Shown here: piece by piece, positions 11,588 to 24,842 of the stretch
Numbering within the stretch: position 1 is the first letter of the stretch
How the letters are laid out: every line of letters begins with the position of its first letter
Assembly: GCF_963921235.1 (NCBI RefSeq)
Contig: NC_086097.1
Coordinates: 243,972,001-244,036,000, forward strand
DNA from: Mobula hypostoma
Lineage: Eukaryota
DNA length: 64,000 nucleotides
Direction of reading: 5' to 3'
The notes under the pieces: generated by a model
Told to the model about the DNA's origin: nothing
Seen by the model: only the letters and a program-made list of their open reading frames with translations
Database searches by the model: none
Position numbers and translations under genes: made by a program

Positions 11588-14500
11588 TAAAACCATAAGA
11601 CCATAAAATATAGGATCACAAGTACGCCATTCAGCCCATCGAGTCTGCTCCGCCATTCAGTCATGGGCTGATCCAATTCTTCCAGTCATCCCAATCCCCT
11701 GATTTCACCCCATACCCTTTGATGCCCTGGCTAATCAAGAACCTATCTATCTCTGCCTTAAATACACCCAATGACTTGGCCTCCACAGATGCACATGGCA
11801 ACAAATTCCACAGATTTACCACCCTCTGACTAATGTAATTTCTCCCCATCTCTGTTCTAAATGGACATCCTTCAATCCTGAAGTTGTGCCCTCTTGTCCT
11901 GAACTCCCCTACCATGGGAAATAACTTTGCCATATCTAATCTGTTCAGGCCTTTTAACATTCTGAATGTTTCTATGAGATCCCACCTCATTCTCCTGAAC
12001 TCCAGGGAATACAGCCCAAGAGCTGCCAGACATTCCTCATACAGTAACCCTTTCATTCCTGGAATCATTCGCGTGAATCTTCTCTGAACCCTCTCCAATA
12101 TCAGTATATCCTTTCTAAAATAAGGAGCCCAAAACTGCACACAATACTTCAAGTGTGGTCTCACGAGTGCCTTGTAGAGCTTCAACATCACAGTCCTGCT
12201 CTTATATTCTATACCTCTAGAAATGAATGCCAACATTGCATTCGCCTTCTTCACCACCGACTCAACCTGGAGGTTAACCTTAAGGGCATCCTGCACAAGG
12301 ACTCCCAAGTCCCTTTGCATCTCTACATTTTGAATTCTTTCCCCATCTAAATAATAGTCTGCCTGTTTACTTCTTCCACCAAAGTGCATGACCATACACT
12401 TTCCAACATTGTATTTCATTTGCCACTTCTTTGCTCAATCCTCTAAACTATCTTAAATCTCTCTGCAAGCTCTCTGTTTCCTCAACACTACCCGCTCCTC
12501 CACCTATTTTAGTATCATCGGCAAATTTAGCCACAAATCCATTGATCCCATAGTCCAAATCATTGACATACATCGTAAAAAGCAGCGGACCCAACACCAA
12601 CACCTGTGGAATTCCACTAGTAACTGGCAGCCACCCAGAATAGGATCCCTTTATTCCCACTCTCCGTTTTCTGCCGACCAGCCAATGCTCCACCCATGCT
12701 AGTAACTTCCCTGTAATTCCATGGTCTCTTATCTTGCTAAGCAGCCTCATGTGCGGCACCTTGTCAAAGGCATTCTGAAAATCCAAGTACACCACATCTA
12801 CTGCATCTCCTTTGTCTACCCTGCTTGTAACTTCCTCAAAAAATTGCAGTAGGTTTGTCAGACAGGACTCTCCTTTCAGGAAACCATGCTGGCTTTGGCC
12901 TATCTTGTCATGTGCCTCTAGGTAATCTGTAATCTCATCCCTAACGATCGATTCCAACAACTTCCCAACCACTGATATCAGGCTAACAGGTCTATAGTTT
13001 CCTTTCTGCTGCCTCCCACCCTTCTTAAATAGTGGAGTAATATTTACTATTTCCCAGTCATCCAGTACAATGCTAGAATATATCAATTCCTGAAAGGTCA
13101 TTGTTAATACCTCCGCAATCTCTCCAGGTCCAGGAGATTTATCCACCCTCAGACCATTAAACTTCCTGAGCACCTTCTCAGTCGTAATTTTCACTGCACA
13201 AACTTCACTTCCCTGACACTCTTGAATGTCCGGTATACTGCAGACATCTTCCATTGTGAAGACTGATGCAAAATACGTATTCAATTCCTCTGCCATCTCT
13301 GCGTCTCTCATTACATTAACTCCAGCATCATTTTCTATCGGTCCTATATCTACTCTCAACTCTCTTTTACCCTTTATATACTTAAAAAAGCATTTAGTAT
13401 CTTCTTTGTTATTAATCGCCAGCTTCCTTTCATAATTCATCTTTTCCTTCCTAATTACCTTTTTAGTTTCCTTCTGCAAGTTTATAAATCTATCTGCCCT
13501 CTATCTTCCCACTTACTTTAGTTTCCTTGTATGCCCTCTCTTTTGCCTTTTCTTTGGCTCTGACTTCACTTGTCAGCCACGGTAATGTCCTTCTTCCATT
13601 TGAAAATTTCTTCTATATTTGGATATATATCTGTCTTGCAGTTCCCTCATTTTTTGCAGAAACTCCAGCCATTGCTGCTCTGCTGTCCTTCTTGCTAGTG
13701 TTCCTTTCCAGTCAACCTTGGCCAGTTCCCCTCTCATGCCATTGTAATTTCCTTTATTCCACTGAAATACCGACACATTGGAATTTAGATTCTCCTTCTC
13801 AAATTTCAAAGTGAACTCGATCAGGTATATTCCAAAAAAGAAGAAATTTTCGAGTGGAAAAAGGATGCAACCGTGGTTGACAAGAGAAGTCAAAACCAAA
13901 GTTAAAGCAAAAGAGAGGGCATACAAGGAAGCAAAAATTCCTTGGGAAGAGAGAGGATTGGGAAGTTTTTAAAACCTTACAAGAGGAAACCAAGAAGGTC
14001 ATTAAGAGAGAAAAGATTAACTATGAAAGGAAGCTAGCAAATAATATCAAAGAGGATACTAAAAGCTTTTTCAAGTATATAAAGAGTAAAAGACAGGTGA
14101 GAGTAGATATAGGACCAATAGAAAATGATGCTGGAGAAATTGTAATAGGAGATGAGGAGATGGCAGAGGAACTGAACAAGTATTTTGCATCAGTCTTCAC
14201 TGAGGAAGACAGCAGTATACCGAACACTCAAGGGTGGCAGGGAAGAGAAGTGTGCGCAGTCACAATTACGACAGAGAAAGTACTCAGGAAGCTGAATAGG
14301 CTAAAGGTAGATAAATCACCTGGACCAGATGGAATGCACCCTCGTGTTCTGAAGGAAGTAGCTGTGGAGATTGCAGAGGCATTAGCGATGATCTTTCAAA
14401 AGTCGATAGATTCTGGCATGGTTCCGGAGGACTGAAAGATTGCAAATGTCGCTCCGCTATTTAAGAAGGGGGCAAGGAAGCAAAAAGGAAATTATAGACC

Positions 14501-16552
14501 TGTTAGCTTGACATCCGTGGTTGGGAAGTTGTTGGAGTCGATTGTCAAAGATGAGGTTACAGAGTACCTGGAGGCATATGACAAGATAGGCAGAACTCAG
14601 CATGGATTCCTTAAAGGAAAATCCTGCCTGACAAACCTATTACAATTTTTTGAGGAAATTACCAGTAGGCTAGACAAGGGAGATGCAGTGGATGTTGTAT
14701 ATTTGGATTTTCAGAAGGCCTTTGACAAGGTGCCACACATGAGGCTACTTAACAAGATAAGAGCCCATGGAATTACGGGAAAGTTACATACGTGGATAGA
14801 GTGTTGGCTGATTGGCAGGAAACAGAGAGTGGGAATAAAGGGATCCTATTCTGGTTGGCTGCCGGTTACCAGTGGTGTTCCACAGGGATCAGTGTTGGGG
14901 CCACTTCTTTTTACGTTGTACATCAACGATTTAGATTATGGAATAGATGGCTTTGTGGCTAAGTTTGCTGATGATACGAAGATAGGTGGAGGGGCCGTAG
15001 TGCTGAGGAAACGGAGAGTCTGCAGAGAGACTTGGATAGATTGGAAGAATGGGCAAAGAAGTGGCAAATGAAGTACAATATTGGAAAGTGTATGGTTATG
15101 GACTTTGGCAGAAAAAATAAACGGGCAGACTACTATTTAAATGGGGAAAGAATTCAAAGTTCTGAGATGCAACGGGACCTGGGAGTCCTCGTACAGGATA
15201 CCCTTAAGGTTAACCTCCAGGTTGAGTCGGTGGTGAAGAAGGCGAATGCAATGTTGGCATTCATTTCTAGAGGAATAGAGTATAGGAGCAGGGATGTGAT
15301 GTTGAGGCTCTATAAGGCGCTGGTGAGACCTCACTTGGAGTACTGTGGGCAGTTTTGGTCTCCTTATTTAAGAAAGGATGTGCTGACGTTGGAGGGGGTA
15401 CAGAGAAGATTCACTAGAATGATTCCGGGAATGAGAGGGTTAACATATGAGGAACGTTTGTCCGCTCTTGGACTGTATTCCTTGGAGTTTAGAAAAATGA
15501 GGGGAGACCTCATAGAAACATTTCAAATGTTAAAAGGCATGGACAGAGTGGATGTGGCAAAGTTGTTTCCCATGATGGGGGAGTCCAGTACGAGAGGGCA
15601 TGACTTGAAGATTGAAGGGCACCCTTTAAGAACAGAAATGTGAAGAAATTTTTTTAGTCAGAGGGTAGTGAATCTATGCAATTTGTTGCCACGGGCAGCA
15701 GTGGAGGCCAAGTTATTGGGTGTATTTAAGGCAGAGATTGATAGGTATCTGAGTAGCCAGGGCATCAAAGGTTATGGTGAGAAGGCAGGGGAGTGGGACT
15801 AAATAGGAGAAAATGGATCAGCTCATGATAAAATGGTGGAGCAGACTCGATGGGCCGAATGGCCTACTTCTGCTCCTTTGTCTTATGGTCTTATGGTCTT
15901 ATGATCATATTGTGATCACTGTTCCCTAAGGGTTCCTTAACTTTAATCTTTCTTATCACCTCTGGATCATTGCACAACACCCAATCCAGCACAGCCGATC
16001 CCCTAGTGGGCTCAACAACAAGCTGTTCTAAAAAACCATCCCTTAGACATTCTACAAATTCTCCCTCTTGAGGTCCAGTACTGGCCTGGTTTTCCCAATC
16101 CATTTTCATGTTAAAATCCCCAATGATTATCATGACATTGCCCTTCTGACACGCCTTTTCTACCTCCTGCTGTAATTTGTAATCCACATCCCGGCTGCTG
16201 TTTGGAGGCCTGTATACAACTGCCATTAGGGTCCTTTTACCCTTGCCATTTCTTAACTCAACCCATAGAGACTCTATACCTTCCAATCATATGTCATCTC
16301 TTTCTAATGATTTAATATTTTTTCTTATACACAGGGCCACACCACCCCCTCTGCCTACTAACCTATCTTTCCGACACACTGTATATCCTTGGACGTTCAG
16401 CTCCCAATGGCAGCCATCCTTTAGCCAAGTTTCAGAGATAGCCACAATGTCATACTTACCAATCTATAGCTGAATTTCAAGATCGTCCATTTTATTTCTT
16501 ATGCTGCGTGCAATTCAAATACAACACTTTCAGTCCAGTTTTTGTTGCTTTC
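11588..16552 (-). mobile_element. CR1 LINE (second subfamily), nearly whole ORF2, split by an antisense CR1 insertion
   Basis: Minus-strand RT ORFs 11661-13479 and APE ORF 15891-16286. The sequence resumes collinearly across 13823-15902, and the (AGACCATA)n tail is at the left. Confidence 0.95.
13823..15902 (+). mobile_element. 5'-truncated CR1, same subfamily as 5906-9818, nested antisense
   Basis: Aligns by eye to 7751-9818, ends in a (TATGGTCT)n tail, and GATCA is duplicated at 13819-13823 and 15903-15907. Confidence 0.95.
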
Positions 16553-16554
16553 AG

Positions 16555-16980
16555 TACCTTTTCCTTGATGGTAGCAATGAGAGGAGGGCATGTGATGGGG
16601 GAGGGGGCGGCGTTCCTTAATGATGGATGCCACCTTTTTGAGCCGCTACCTTTTGAAGATGCCCTTGATGCTGGGAGGGCAGTGTCCATGATGGAGCTGG
16701 CTGAATTTGCAACCCTCTGCAGCTTTTACCAATCCTGTGCAGTGGCCCCTCCACACCAGACGTGATGCAACCAGTTAGAACGCTCTCTAACAGTGCATCT
16801 GCCGAAATCTGTGACAGAATTGGTGACAGACGAAATCTCTGCAAACTCCTAATGAAGTATAGCTGCTGGCATGCCTTCTTTGAAATTGCAAGAATATGTT
16901 GGGCCCAGAATAAATCTTCAGAGATATTGACACCTCAGAATTTGAAGCTGCTCACTCTTTCCACTGCTGGCACCTCGATG
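16555..16980 (-). mobile_element. Rex1/Babar LINE fragment, decayed
   Basis: Peptide LESVLTGCIT and similarity to other Rex1 fragments in the window. Confidence 0.75.
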
Positions 16981-18111
16981 TTATTTTTACATGATCTGCC
17001 TACTTCTCTCTTTCCTCCAATTCCCACTGGTATAATGCCCTGAGAGTGATTGCATATTTCGTATCCCTGAGTTATACCCGTGTGGCCTCGCTGGATAGCC
17101 CACCAAGATTTTCTCTCCTAGCTCAGCAATGACATTCTCCCCAAGTGCTCAACTCTCCCACTTCCTTGACGACTCTTTCTGTCACATCTAAAACATAGTA
17201 CAGGCCCACAATGTTCAATAGGTACATTTAATGAATGACAGTTAAACATTTGAACCCCAAAGCCCCCCAGCTCCCCCTCCCACGCACAAACAGCAGCAAG
17301 GCAATGACCCCCCCTCCCCCACCAGCAGAAAAACATCGGCACCCCCAAAAGAGCACTCAAGCATGCAGCAAAGCATCAATAAAGACACAGGCTTGAAGTA
17401 CCCCAAAGACCACTCGTTCACCCAGTAATTCAAAATACCACAGGCTCTCACTCTAATTAATAAGGGGAAAAGAGGGTCCTCGTTTCACAGCAAGAGGGGA
17501 GACGTAACAAACAATTCACTGATATATGATGTCAAGGGTCTGTTGCATCGCTTTTTCCGAGCTCTGTGCCCAGAGGGTGGGCCCCAGGGCTCAGGTCTCT
17601 GGACACACGGCCCACAGCAGCTAACTCGCTGCTCCTGATGTTTCGTGTTCTCCCGCGATGTCTCGGTCAAGGGCACCGGCCTTGAATCAGCCCGTCTCCA
17701 GAGCCAAGAAGATCCAGCATCCCGAAGGCACTAATCTTCCAGGCCGTGTCTTTGGGATGTCAAAAAGCGGCCGGTCCTAAGGCCCTGAGGTTCAGGTCCC
17801 ATTCCCGCAAAGAACCAAAGTCAGAGTGTAACTCCAGGTCAGGGTCTCCAAAAGAACCTTGAAAAGGGAAAAAAAGAGATGTCAAAGATAGAAATAGAGT
17901 TCAGTGTTGTGCTGACCTTTAACCTTCTCTAAGATCTACCTATCCCTTCCCTCCTACATAGTTTTCCACTTTTCTATCACCCGTGTGTCTATTTAAATGT
18001 TTCTTAAATGCTTCTAATATCTGCCTGTACCACCATCCCTGGCAGGCCATTCCGTGCACTACTCTCTGTGTAAAGAACTTACCTTTGACAATATCTTTAT
18101 CATTATGTGCC

Positions 18112-18432
18112 ATGTCGTCGTATGACGTGGGCAATCATGGTCTTTGTTTCTGCAGAAGTGGTTTGTGTTGCCTTCTGCTGGGCAGTGTCTTTACAAGACG
18201 GGTGACCCCAGCCATTGGCTTCAGAGGTCGTCTGCCTGGCGTCGGTGGTCGCATAACCGGACTTGTGATATGTACCAGCTGCTCATACGACCATCCACCT
18301 CCTGCTCCCATAGCTTCATGCGACCCTGATCTGGGGGCTAAGCATGTCACACCTTGTCCAAAGGTAACCTGCAGGCTATCAGAGGGAAGGAGTGCCTTAC
18401 ACCTCCTTTGGTAGAGATATATCTCCAACCCG
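18112..18432 (-). mobile_element. RTE/BovB-tailed SINE-like repeat
   Basis: Homologous copies at 23425-23580, 32280-32640, 44810-45185 and 59595-59775. Confidence 0.7.
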
Positions 18433-18559
18433 ACTCCCACTTACCTTTGACATCCCCCCCAATCACCTGAAAATTATGCCCCTTGCTATAACATCTGAAC
18501 TCTGCAATGTTGAGCTGCCAGTTCTGCTCTTCTCCCAACTAAATTTTGTAATGATCATA

Positions 18560-20690
18560 AAGACCACAAGACATAAGAGCAGAATTAGGCCATTCGGCCC
18601 ATCAAGTCTGATGCTCCATTTCATCATGGCTGATCTTGGATCCCATTCAACCCCATACGCCTGTCCCCTCACCACATCCCTTGATGCCCCGACCAATCAG
18701 GAATCTATTAACTTCTGCCTTAAGTATACCCATGGACTTGGCTTCAACCACAGTTTGTGGCAGTGAATTCTACAGATTCACCACTTCTTGGCAAAAAAAA
18801 TTCCTCCTTACTTCCGTTCTGAGAGGTCACCACTCAATTTTGAGACTGTGCTCTCTAGTTCTGGATGCACCTACCATAGGGAACATTGTCTACACATCTA
18901 CCTTATCTAGTCCTTTCAACACTTGGTAGGTTTCAATGAGATCCCCACGTATTCTTCCAAATTCCAGTGAATACTGGCCCAAAGCTGCCAAATGCTCTTC
19001 ATATGTTAACCCCCTTATTCACAGAATCATCCTTGTGAACCTCCTCGGGACTCTCTCCAATGACAATACATCCTGTCTGAGATAAGGCGCCCAAAACTGT
19101 TGACAATACTCCAAGCGCGGCCTGACTAGTGACCTATAAAGTTTTAACATTATGTCCTTGTTTTTATATTCTATTCCCCGTGAAATGAATGCCACCATTG
19201 CATTTGCCTTCCTCACCACAGACTCGACCTGTAAATTAACCTTCTGTGAGTCTTGCACGAGGATTCCTAAGTCCCTCTGCACCTTTGATGTTTGAATTTT
19301 CTCCCCATTTAGATAATAGTCTAAATGCGATTGTTCCTTTACCAAAATGCATTATGGTACATTTCCCAATACTGTATCCCATCTCCCACTTTTTTGCCCG
19401 TTCTTCCAATTTGTCTAAGTCCTGCTTCAATCGCATTGCTTCCTCAGCACTATCTACCCCTCCACCTATCTTCGTATCACCTGCAAACATCTTGAAGAGT
19501 AGAGTGACATTTGCAATTTTCCATTCCTCCGGGATGCTGCCAGAATCAGTGATTCGTGAAAGATCATGACCAATGCATCCGTTATCTCTTCAGCAACCTG
19601 TTTCGGGTCTCCAGGATGTAGTCCATCTGGTCCAGGTGACTTATCCACCCCAAGACCTTTCAGTTTGTCTAAAACTTTTTCCTTTATAACAGAAATGGCA
19701 CTCAGTCCTGCTCCCCGACACTCATGGATACCTGGCACACAGCTAGTGTTTTCCACAGTAAAGATTGAAGCAAAATACTTAATAATTTCATCTGCCATTT
19801 CTTTGTCCCCAGTTACTACCTCAACAATTTCAACTCTCACCTCCCTTTTATTAAAAACATTTAGTATCCTGCTTTATATTATTGGCTAGTTTGCCCTCAT
19901 ATTTCATCTTTTCCCTTCTCATTACTTTTTTAGTTGCCTTTTGATGGATTTTAAAAACTTCCCAATCATCCTACTTCCCACTCACTTTTGCTACATTATT
20001 TGCCTTTCCCTTGGTTTTTATGTAGTCATTAACTTCTCTTGTCAGCCTCGGTTGCCTACCCCTCGCCATTTGAGAACTTTATCTTCTGTGGGACATATCT
20101 GTCAGATGCATTGTTAAGTATCCTCTCTAATCCAACTGGGCAAGCTCCTCCTTCATGCCTCTGTAGTTCCCTTTATTCCATTGTGATATTGATAATGTGA
20201 CTTAAGCTTCTCCCTCTCAAATTACAGTATAGCTTTAATCATATTATGATCTCTGCCTCCTAATGGTTCCTTTATGTTAATAAGATCTGGGTTATTACAC
20301 AACACCCAATCTAAGATAGCCTTTCCCCGAGTAAGCTTGAGCACAATCTGCTCTAAAAAGCCATCTGGTAGGCATTCAATAAATTCCCTCTCCTGCGATC
20401 CGCCACCAACCTGATTTTCCCAATTCCTCAGCGTACTGAAGTCTCCCATTACAATTGTGACATTACCCTTATTACATGCCCTTTCCAGCTCCATTTACAA
20501 GTTCAACCCCACATCTTGGCATCTATTTGGAGGCCTATATATGATTCTCATAAATATTTTTTTTACACTTGTAATTTCTTATCTCCACCCACAAAGATTT
20601 ACCTCTTTCTAAAAAAGTAATTCCACCTCTTGCCAACAGAGCCACATCACTGCCTTTGCATTCCTGGCGGTCCTTTCAATACCACATACC
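18560..20690 (-). mobile_element. Decayed CR1 LINE with internal deletions
   Basis: ORF fragments RPRLEYCQQFWAPY, DKSPGPDGLHP and ILDWVLCN. Confidence 0.92.
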
Positions 20691-20711
20691 GATATTGTAG
20701 CTTAGATGTAC

Positions 20712-21180
20712 GCTCTTGTTGAGTACTTTTGCTCTGTCTTCTGCAAAAGGCAGGATCTCCTATTGGTCACTCATTTCAATTTGATTTCCCATTCTGTCAT
20801 ATCTGTCCAGGATCTCCTCTACTTTCAAAATGAGGCCAAAGTCAGGTGGAGGAGCAACACCTCATATTCTGTCTATGTAGCCTTCAGCTTGTTGGCAGGA
20901 ACATCGATTTCTCCAAATTCCAGTAGTTTCTCTCCACCCGCCCACACCCCTTCCTCCTTCTCCCTTTTTCCATCTCGCACTCATTTTGACTCCCATCTCA
21001 TCTCTTCTCTTCTCCTCACCTGCCCATCATCTGGAGACCCTCCTCCTTCCCTTTCTTCCATGGTCTACTGTCCCCTCCTATCAGATTCTTTCCATCCATC
21101 TCCTCCGAGCTTCTCATCTCTTCCCCCCTCACCCTCCCACCCACATACCCTCTCAACTGGTCTCACCTATCACCTACACA
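20712..21180 (+). mobile_element. Penelope-like element 3' fragment (GIY-YIG C-terminus plus pyrimidine-rich UTR)
   Basis: GAGGAGCAACACCTCATATTC (EEQHLIF) motif, homologous to 56330-56915. Confidence 0.75.
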
Positions 21181-21261
21181 AGAGATTCTGCAGATGCTAG
21201 AAATTCAGAGCAATACACACAACATGCTGGAGGGGCCCAGCAGGCCAGGCAGCATCCGTGG

Positions 21262-21340
21262 CAGTAGTTCCCAGCCTGGGGCCCATTGACCCCTCGGTTG
21301 TTGGTGGGGTCCATGGCATAAAAAAGTTTGGGAGCCCCTG
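21262..21340. mobile_element. Mini hAT-type MITE (about 80 bp)
   Basis: TIR CAGTAGTTCCCA...TGGGAGCCCCTG with degenerate 8-bp TSD (ATCCGTGG/GTCTATGG). Sister copies at 24342 and 49010. Confidence 0.75.
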
Positions 21341-21534
21341 GTCTATGGAAAGGAAAAAAACAATTAATGTTTTGGGCCAAAACCTTTTATATGAACTGAT
21401 GAAGGGTTTGAGAGAAAAAATGAAATTGCAATTAATTCAAACAGCCTACAAAAGTCCCTTATGGTACAAATGGAAAGAAGGAGTGTTTTAAAATAGCACG
21501 GTTGCATACTATTGGTTAAACTACACTGTATTTA

Positions 21535-21945
21535 AATGAATGAGGTTGTGCGCATTGGGGCATATTTCGTTGGAGCAGAGGAGAATAAGAGAGGATCTTA
21601 TAGAGGTGTATAAAATCACAAGAGAAGTAGATAGAGTGAATGTGCACAGTCTTTTTCCCAGAGTTGTGGAATCAAGAACTAGAGGCCATATGTTTAAAAT
21701 GAGAGGTGAGAGATTTAATAGGAACCTGAGACGCAGCATTTTATCCATCCAGAGAGTAGTCCATTTATGGAATGAGCTGCCAGGGGAAGTGATTGAGACT
21801 ACTTGGAGGAATATGGGCTAAACATGGCAAGTGGGTCAAGCTTGGAACGGAACCACTGGGCTGTTTTCCATTTGGGTTGGTCAGCATGGACCCGATGGGC
21901 TGAAGGGCCTTTATTTCATGCTGTATGTCTCTCTGAGTCCATGAC
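21535..21945 (+). mobile_element. Old CR1 3' fragment
   Basis: Peptide LEQRRIREDLIEVYKI...RTRGH...QRVVHLWNELP. Confidence 0.85.
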
Positions 21946-22621
21946 CCTCACAACACAGTGCCAGCTGAGCACTGCACTACACTCATTAAACTAGAGATAC
22001 AAGAGACCGCTGGACCGTAAGACCTTCAGACACAGGAGCAGAATTAGTCCATTCTGCCCATCGAGTCTGCTGTGCCCTTCATCATGGAATACTTCTTACC
22101 CCTCTCAACTCCATCTCCCTTGCCTTCTCCCTGTACCCCTTGATGATCTGACTAATCAAGAACCTGTCAACCAGTAGCATTGTACTCTTTACATTTTAAC
22201 CTGTGTCATAAATGCGCTTTGCCATTTGTTAAATTGTTTGTGGAAACATTACTTTATACATTGTGTGTGAGTTATACGTACTGTGTTGTGTATCTTTATC
22301 TGGAGGAACGTTGTTTCATTTGGTGGTGTACATGTATATCATTGAAACAGCGATAAATTTTACCTTGAACTTGAAATTAATCTAAACATACTTGCCTCAA
22401 CATGATCCCTTCTCCCTCCGTTCCCTGCATGTTCTCATACCCATATCCCTCTTCATGGCTCATATCTGTGTCCTGTCAGCCCATTCCATACACTGACCTC
22501 TCTCCGTGTATGAAAACTTGCCTCATAAATCTCCTCTAAATGTTTCTCTTATTTTAAGTCTATATTGTCTGGTATTCTGACATTTTGCCCCCAGGAAAAA
22601 GACTCTGACTATGTCTAGACT

Positions 22622-22810
22622 CACACATATAAAATGCTGGAGGAACTCAGCAGGTCTATGGAGATAATTAATTAAATCATCAGGACTAGAGAATGGCCTT
22701 GGCCCGAAACATCAACTTTATTCATTTTTATAGATGGCTGACCTACTGAGTTCCTCCGGCAATTTGTGTGGGCTGCTCTGGATTTCCAGCATCGTAGAAT
22801 ATCTTGTGTT
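22622..22810. mobile_element. Penelope-like inverted pLTR hairpin, diverged
   Basis: AAATGCTGGAGGAACTCAGCAGGTC ... GACCTACTGAGTTCCTCCGGCAATTT inverted arms around GGCCCGAAAC. Confidence 0.7.
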
Positions 22811-22814
22811 TCTG

Positions 22815-23135
22815 ACTATGTCTGTTAGAATTTTATAAACATCTATCAGGTTTCTCGTCAGCCTCCAGATCTCCAGAGAAAGAAAGCCATCTTTGTCCAA
22901 CTTCTTATTTCTAACACTCCCCAACCCAGGAAGCATCCGGGCGAACCTCTTCTGCACCCTCTCCAAAACCTCCAGGTCCACCAGAAATGCACACAGTTCC
23001 CCAGGTACCTGACCAAAGTGTTTATGACTGCAATCTGACTTCCTCCCTCCTCTACTCAGCAACCTGACCAATGAAGGCATGCATGGCCCCACACCTTCTT
23101 AACAACCATAATCTCCTTGTGTTGCCACTTTCAGA
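22815..23135 (-). mobile_element. Old CR1 RT C-terminal fragment
   Basis: Peptide LERVQKRFARMLPGL...LIDVYKIL. Confidence 0.75.
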
Positions 23136-24341
23136 TGCAGTGAATTATCAGAGGCACCGAAATTGTGTTTATCCACCTGTGGTATAACCTTCCAACCCAA
23201 CAAACCTCTGCCACCCAATTGCACCCATGTAACCGTATGTCTTTGGACTGTGAGAGGAAACTAGAGCACCCAGAGGAAACCCTTGCAGTCACAGGGAGAA
23301 CATACAGACAGCGACAGATCTGAACCCAGGTCGTTGGTGCGGTAATATCATTATGCTAGCCGCTACATTACCATGACTGCTAAATCATCCAAGGGTTCCT
23401 TAAATGCCCCTAATGTATCTGCCTCCTGGTTATGTGACCACTGACGCCAGGCAGACAATCTCTGAAGAGTATTGATAATGACTGGTGTCACCCATCTTGT
23501 AAAGAAACTGCCCAGAAGAAGGCAATGGAAAGTCACTTCTGTAGAAAGACCACGATTGCCCACATCGTACGACACAGCACGTAACAATGATGATATATAC
23601 CGTATACAGCCCTGAGATTCATCTTCCCGCAGGCAGTCACGAAATAACGAGACATCATAGAACCCGCTTAAAGAAGAACCCCACTCAACGAAGTCCATCA
23701 AGCACTCACCACACATAGGAAAGAACAAATCACGTTGCCAACAGAAAGCAAGCGATTAAGACACAGAACATTGAGCATCAAACCGCAGAGTCCAGTCCCC
23801 GAAAGCGAGGCCGCATCCACGAGCCAATGACGGGAGTGAAGCCGGTCCAGAAGCCGATGGCCGCAGGCCACAGGCACCGAGTCAGTCAGTTCAGCGCCGT
23901 GTCGATGGCTGCAGGTCACAGCCGCAGAGCCAGTTTGCACTGAAGCAGCTTGATCAAGTTGTGCGGATCGTATAATGAACTGCAGAATCTGCAAAGTGGG
24001 TCCCCAGCCACGAGCCACCGAGGAACTGAACCTTTCAGCGTTAGACCCAAGACTTCTGCACCATGCACCGGCAGCAGCGGGGGGCGCGGGGGGCTAGTCA
24101 AACACGGGCAGACAGGCTCTGAACACCTGTTCGTCGATTTCAATCTTGCTCGATGATTTAATCCGCCTGGAATAATAGGCTCCTGTTCCGCCATTAGGTA
24201 TCGATGGTTGCCCTCTCATGCCTGCCAAATTCCCCGGGAGATAGCAAAAATGCCAGGTTGCATAGTTGGCTGAAAAATACGTCTTTGAAATGGAGATTGC
24301 AGGCTGCAATCGATCACCGTTCAGAAGAAGTATACTTAAAC

Positions 24342-24424
24342 CAGGGGTTCCCCACCTGAGGGTCTCCACGGACCCCTTGCTCAACGGTGTTGGTCCATGG
24401 CATAAAAATATTCAGGGACACCTC
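24342..24424. mobile_element. Mini hAT-type MITE
   Basis: CAGGGGTTCCC left end, shared GGTCCATGGCATAAAAA core, TSD-like ACTTAAAC/ATTTAAAA. Confidence 0.65.
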
Positions 24425-24842
24425 ATTTAAAAGAAGAGTATCTAGTAATTTTGTGAGCTCTCTGCAGGATGTCGCCGTTGGTCGCTGCCACCATTTTACC
24501 AGAGTGAGAAGTCAGTTTCAAAGGGTTGGAACCAGCTAAATGCAGGTAGATGTGAGCGTCAACAGGTACATCACCGCCACTGTGTGGTTCACCATTGCAG
24601 CCTCGCTAGTTAGCTGAAGTATCTGTTTCTGATGGCTTTCAACATAAAAATGCCTTCTGATTATGAGCTTGTACATGTGGTTGATAAGTAAATGACGGCC
24701 TTGTGGATAGTCAGAAGTCAGAAAAAACATCAGATTAAACTTTATTTTTTTATTTTATTTTATTTAGGGATGCAGCTCAGAACAGACCCTTCCGGCCCAA
24801 CGAATCGCGCTGCCCAGCAACCCACCTATTTAACACTAGTCT

